A stretch of 64,000 nt of DNA from positions 32,001-96,000 of the IMG/VR virus record IMGVR_UViG_3300042898_004347; one strand, written 5' to 3'. Each line of letters starts with the position of its first letter. The first letter of the stretch is position 1. Shown here piece by piece: positions 63,655 through 64,000 of the stretch. The notes under the pieces are model-generated. The model did no database searches, was not told the DNA's origin, and saw nothing but the letters and a program-made list of their open reading frames with translations. This stretch comes from a virus. The translations under genes were made by a program, and so were the position numbers.

Positions 63655-64000
63655 GATTGATTTTATGAGTGAGATAGTACCCAAGCATTTTTACGTTTTT
63701 CTGAGTAAAGTTAAACTGATCGCTGTAAATGCCACCATTACGTTGGATGAACTCTTCCGAGAAACCTTCCTTGCGCATACGGTTAATCATACCCCTATTG
63801 AGGATATATGCGCTAGAGCTCTTTTTCCCAAAATTAGGGAATACCATTATGGTACCCAGATCGGAATTGATTCTGGCTTTTGCAGCAATAAATGTTTGAT
63901 CAGAATTGATCGCCGTATCAAAATCAATGGATACCTTAATGTCTTTATTTTGAAGTTGCGCAGAATGAATAATGTCGTGAGCAAACTCCAGAACACACGC
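63644..64000 (-). CDS. Hypothetical protein, 5'-truncated by the window edge
   Basis: Frame stays open from 64000 to the stop at 63644. Confidence 0.55.
   Translation of the reverse strand, partial: ACVLEFAHDIIHSAQLQNKDIKVSIDFDTAINSDQTFIAAKARINSDLGTIMVFPNFGKKSSSAYILNRGMINRMRKEGFSEEFIQRNGGIYSDQFNFTQKNVKMLGYYLTHKINHDK

Overview
A 64 kb segment of a large T4-like myophage genome (standard genetic code, probably aquatic; host not identifiable with confidence). In order it holds: a baseplate/tail module (gp5, hub, gp53, gp48, gp4, gp2, gp54, gp26, gp51, gp29), gp32/gp59/gp33, an accessory cassette (CsgF, CsgG, curlin-like protein, FecR-domain protein, CHASE2 adenylate cyclase), many small early genes, DNA ligase, and an about 8 kb RNA island (24 tRNAs, tmRNA, two homing-type endonucleases each next to a broken tRNA half, and many unexplained structured RNAs). 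After that come ClpP, an exonuclease, PhoH, a DenV-like gene, RNase H, NrdAB, a block of probable capsid-internal proteins including a His-rich three-enzyme operon, and ThyX. The most striking unannotated element is the leader of the tRNA array: a 30-codon peptide using 19 amino acids and 27 different codons, coupled to mutually exclusive antiterminator and terminator hairpins, i.e. a candidate general translation/tRNA-stress attenuator. Other highlights: tRNA disrupt-and-replace endonuclease cassettes, a candidate -1 frameshift fusing gp26 to gp51, and early promoters carrying IHF-consensus boxes. All family calls come from motif recognition by eye and all RNA structures were paired by hand; no searches were run.
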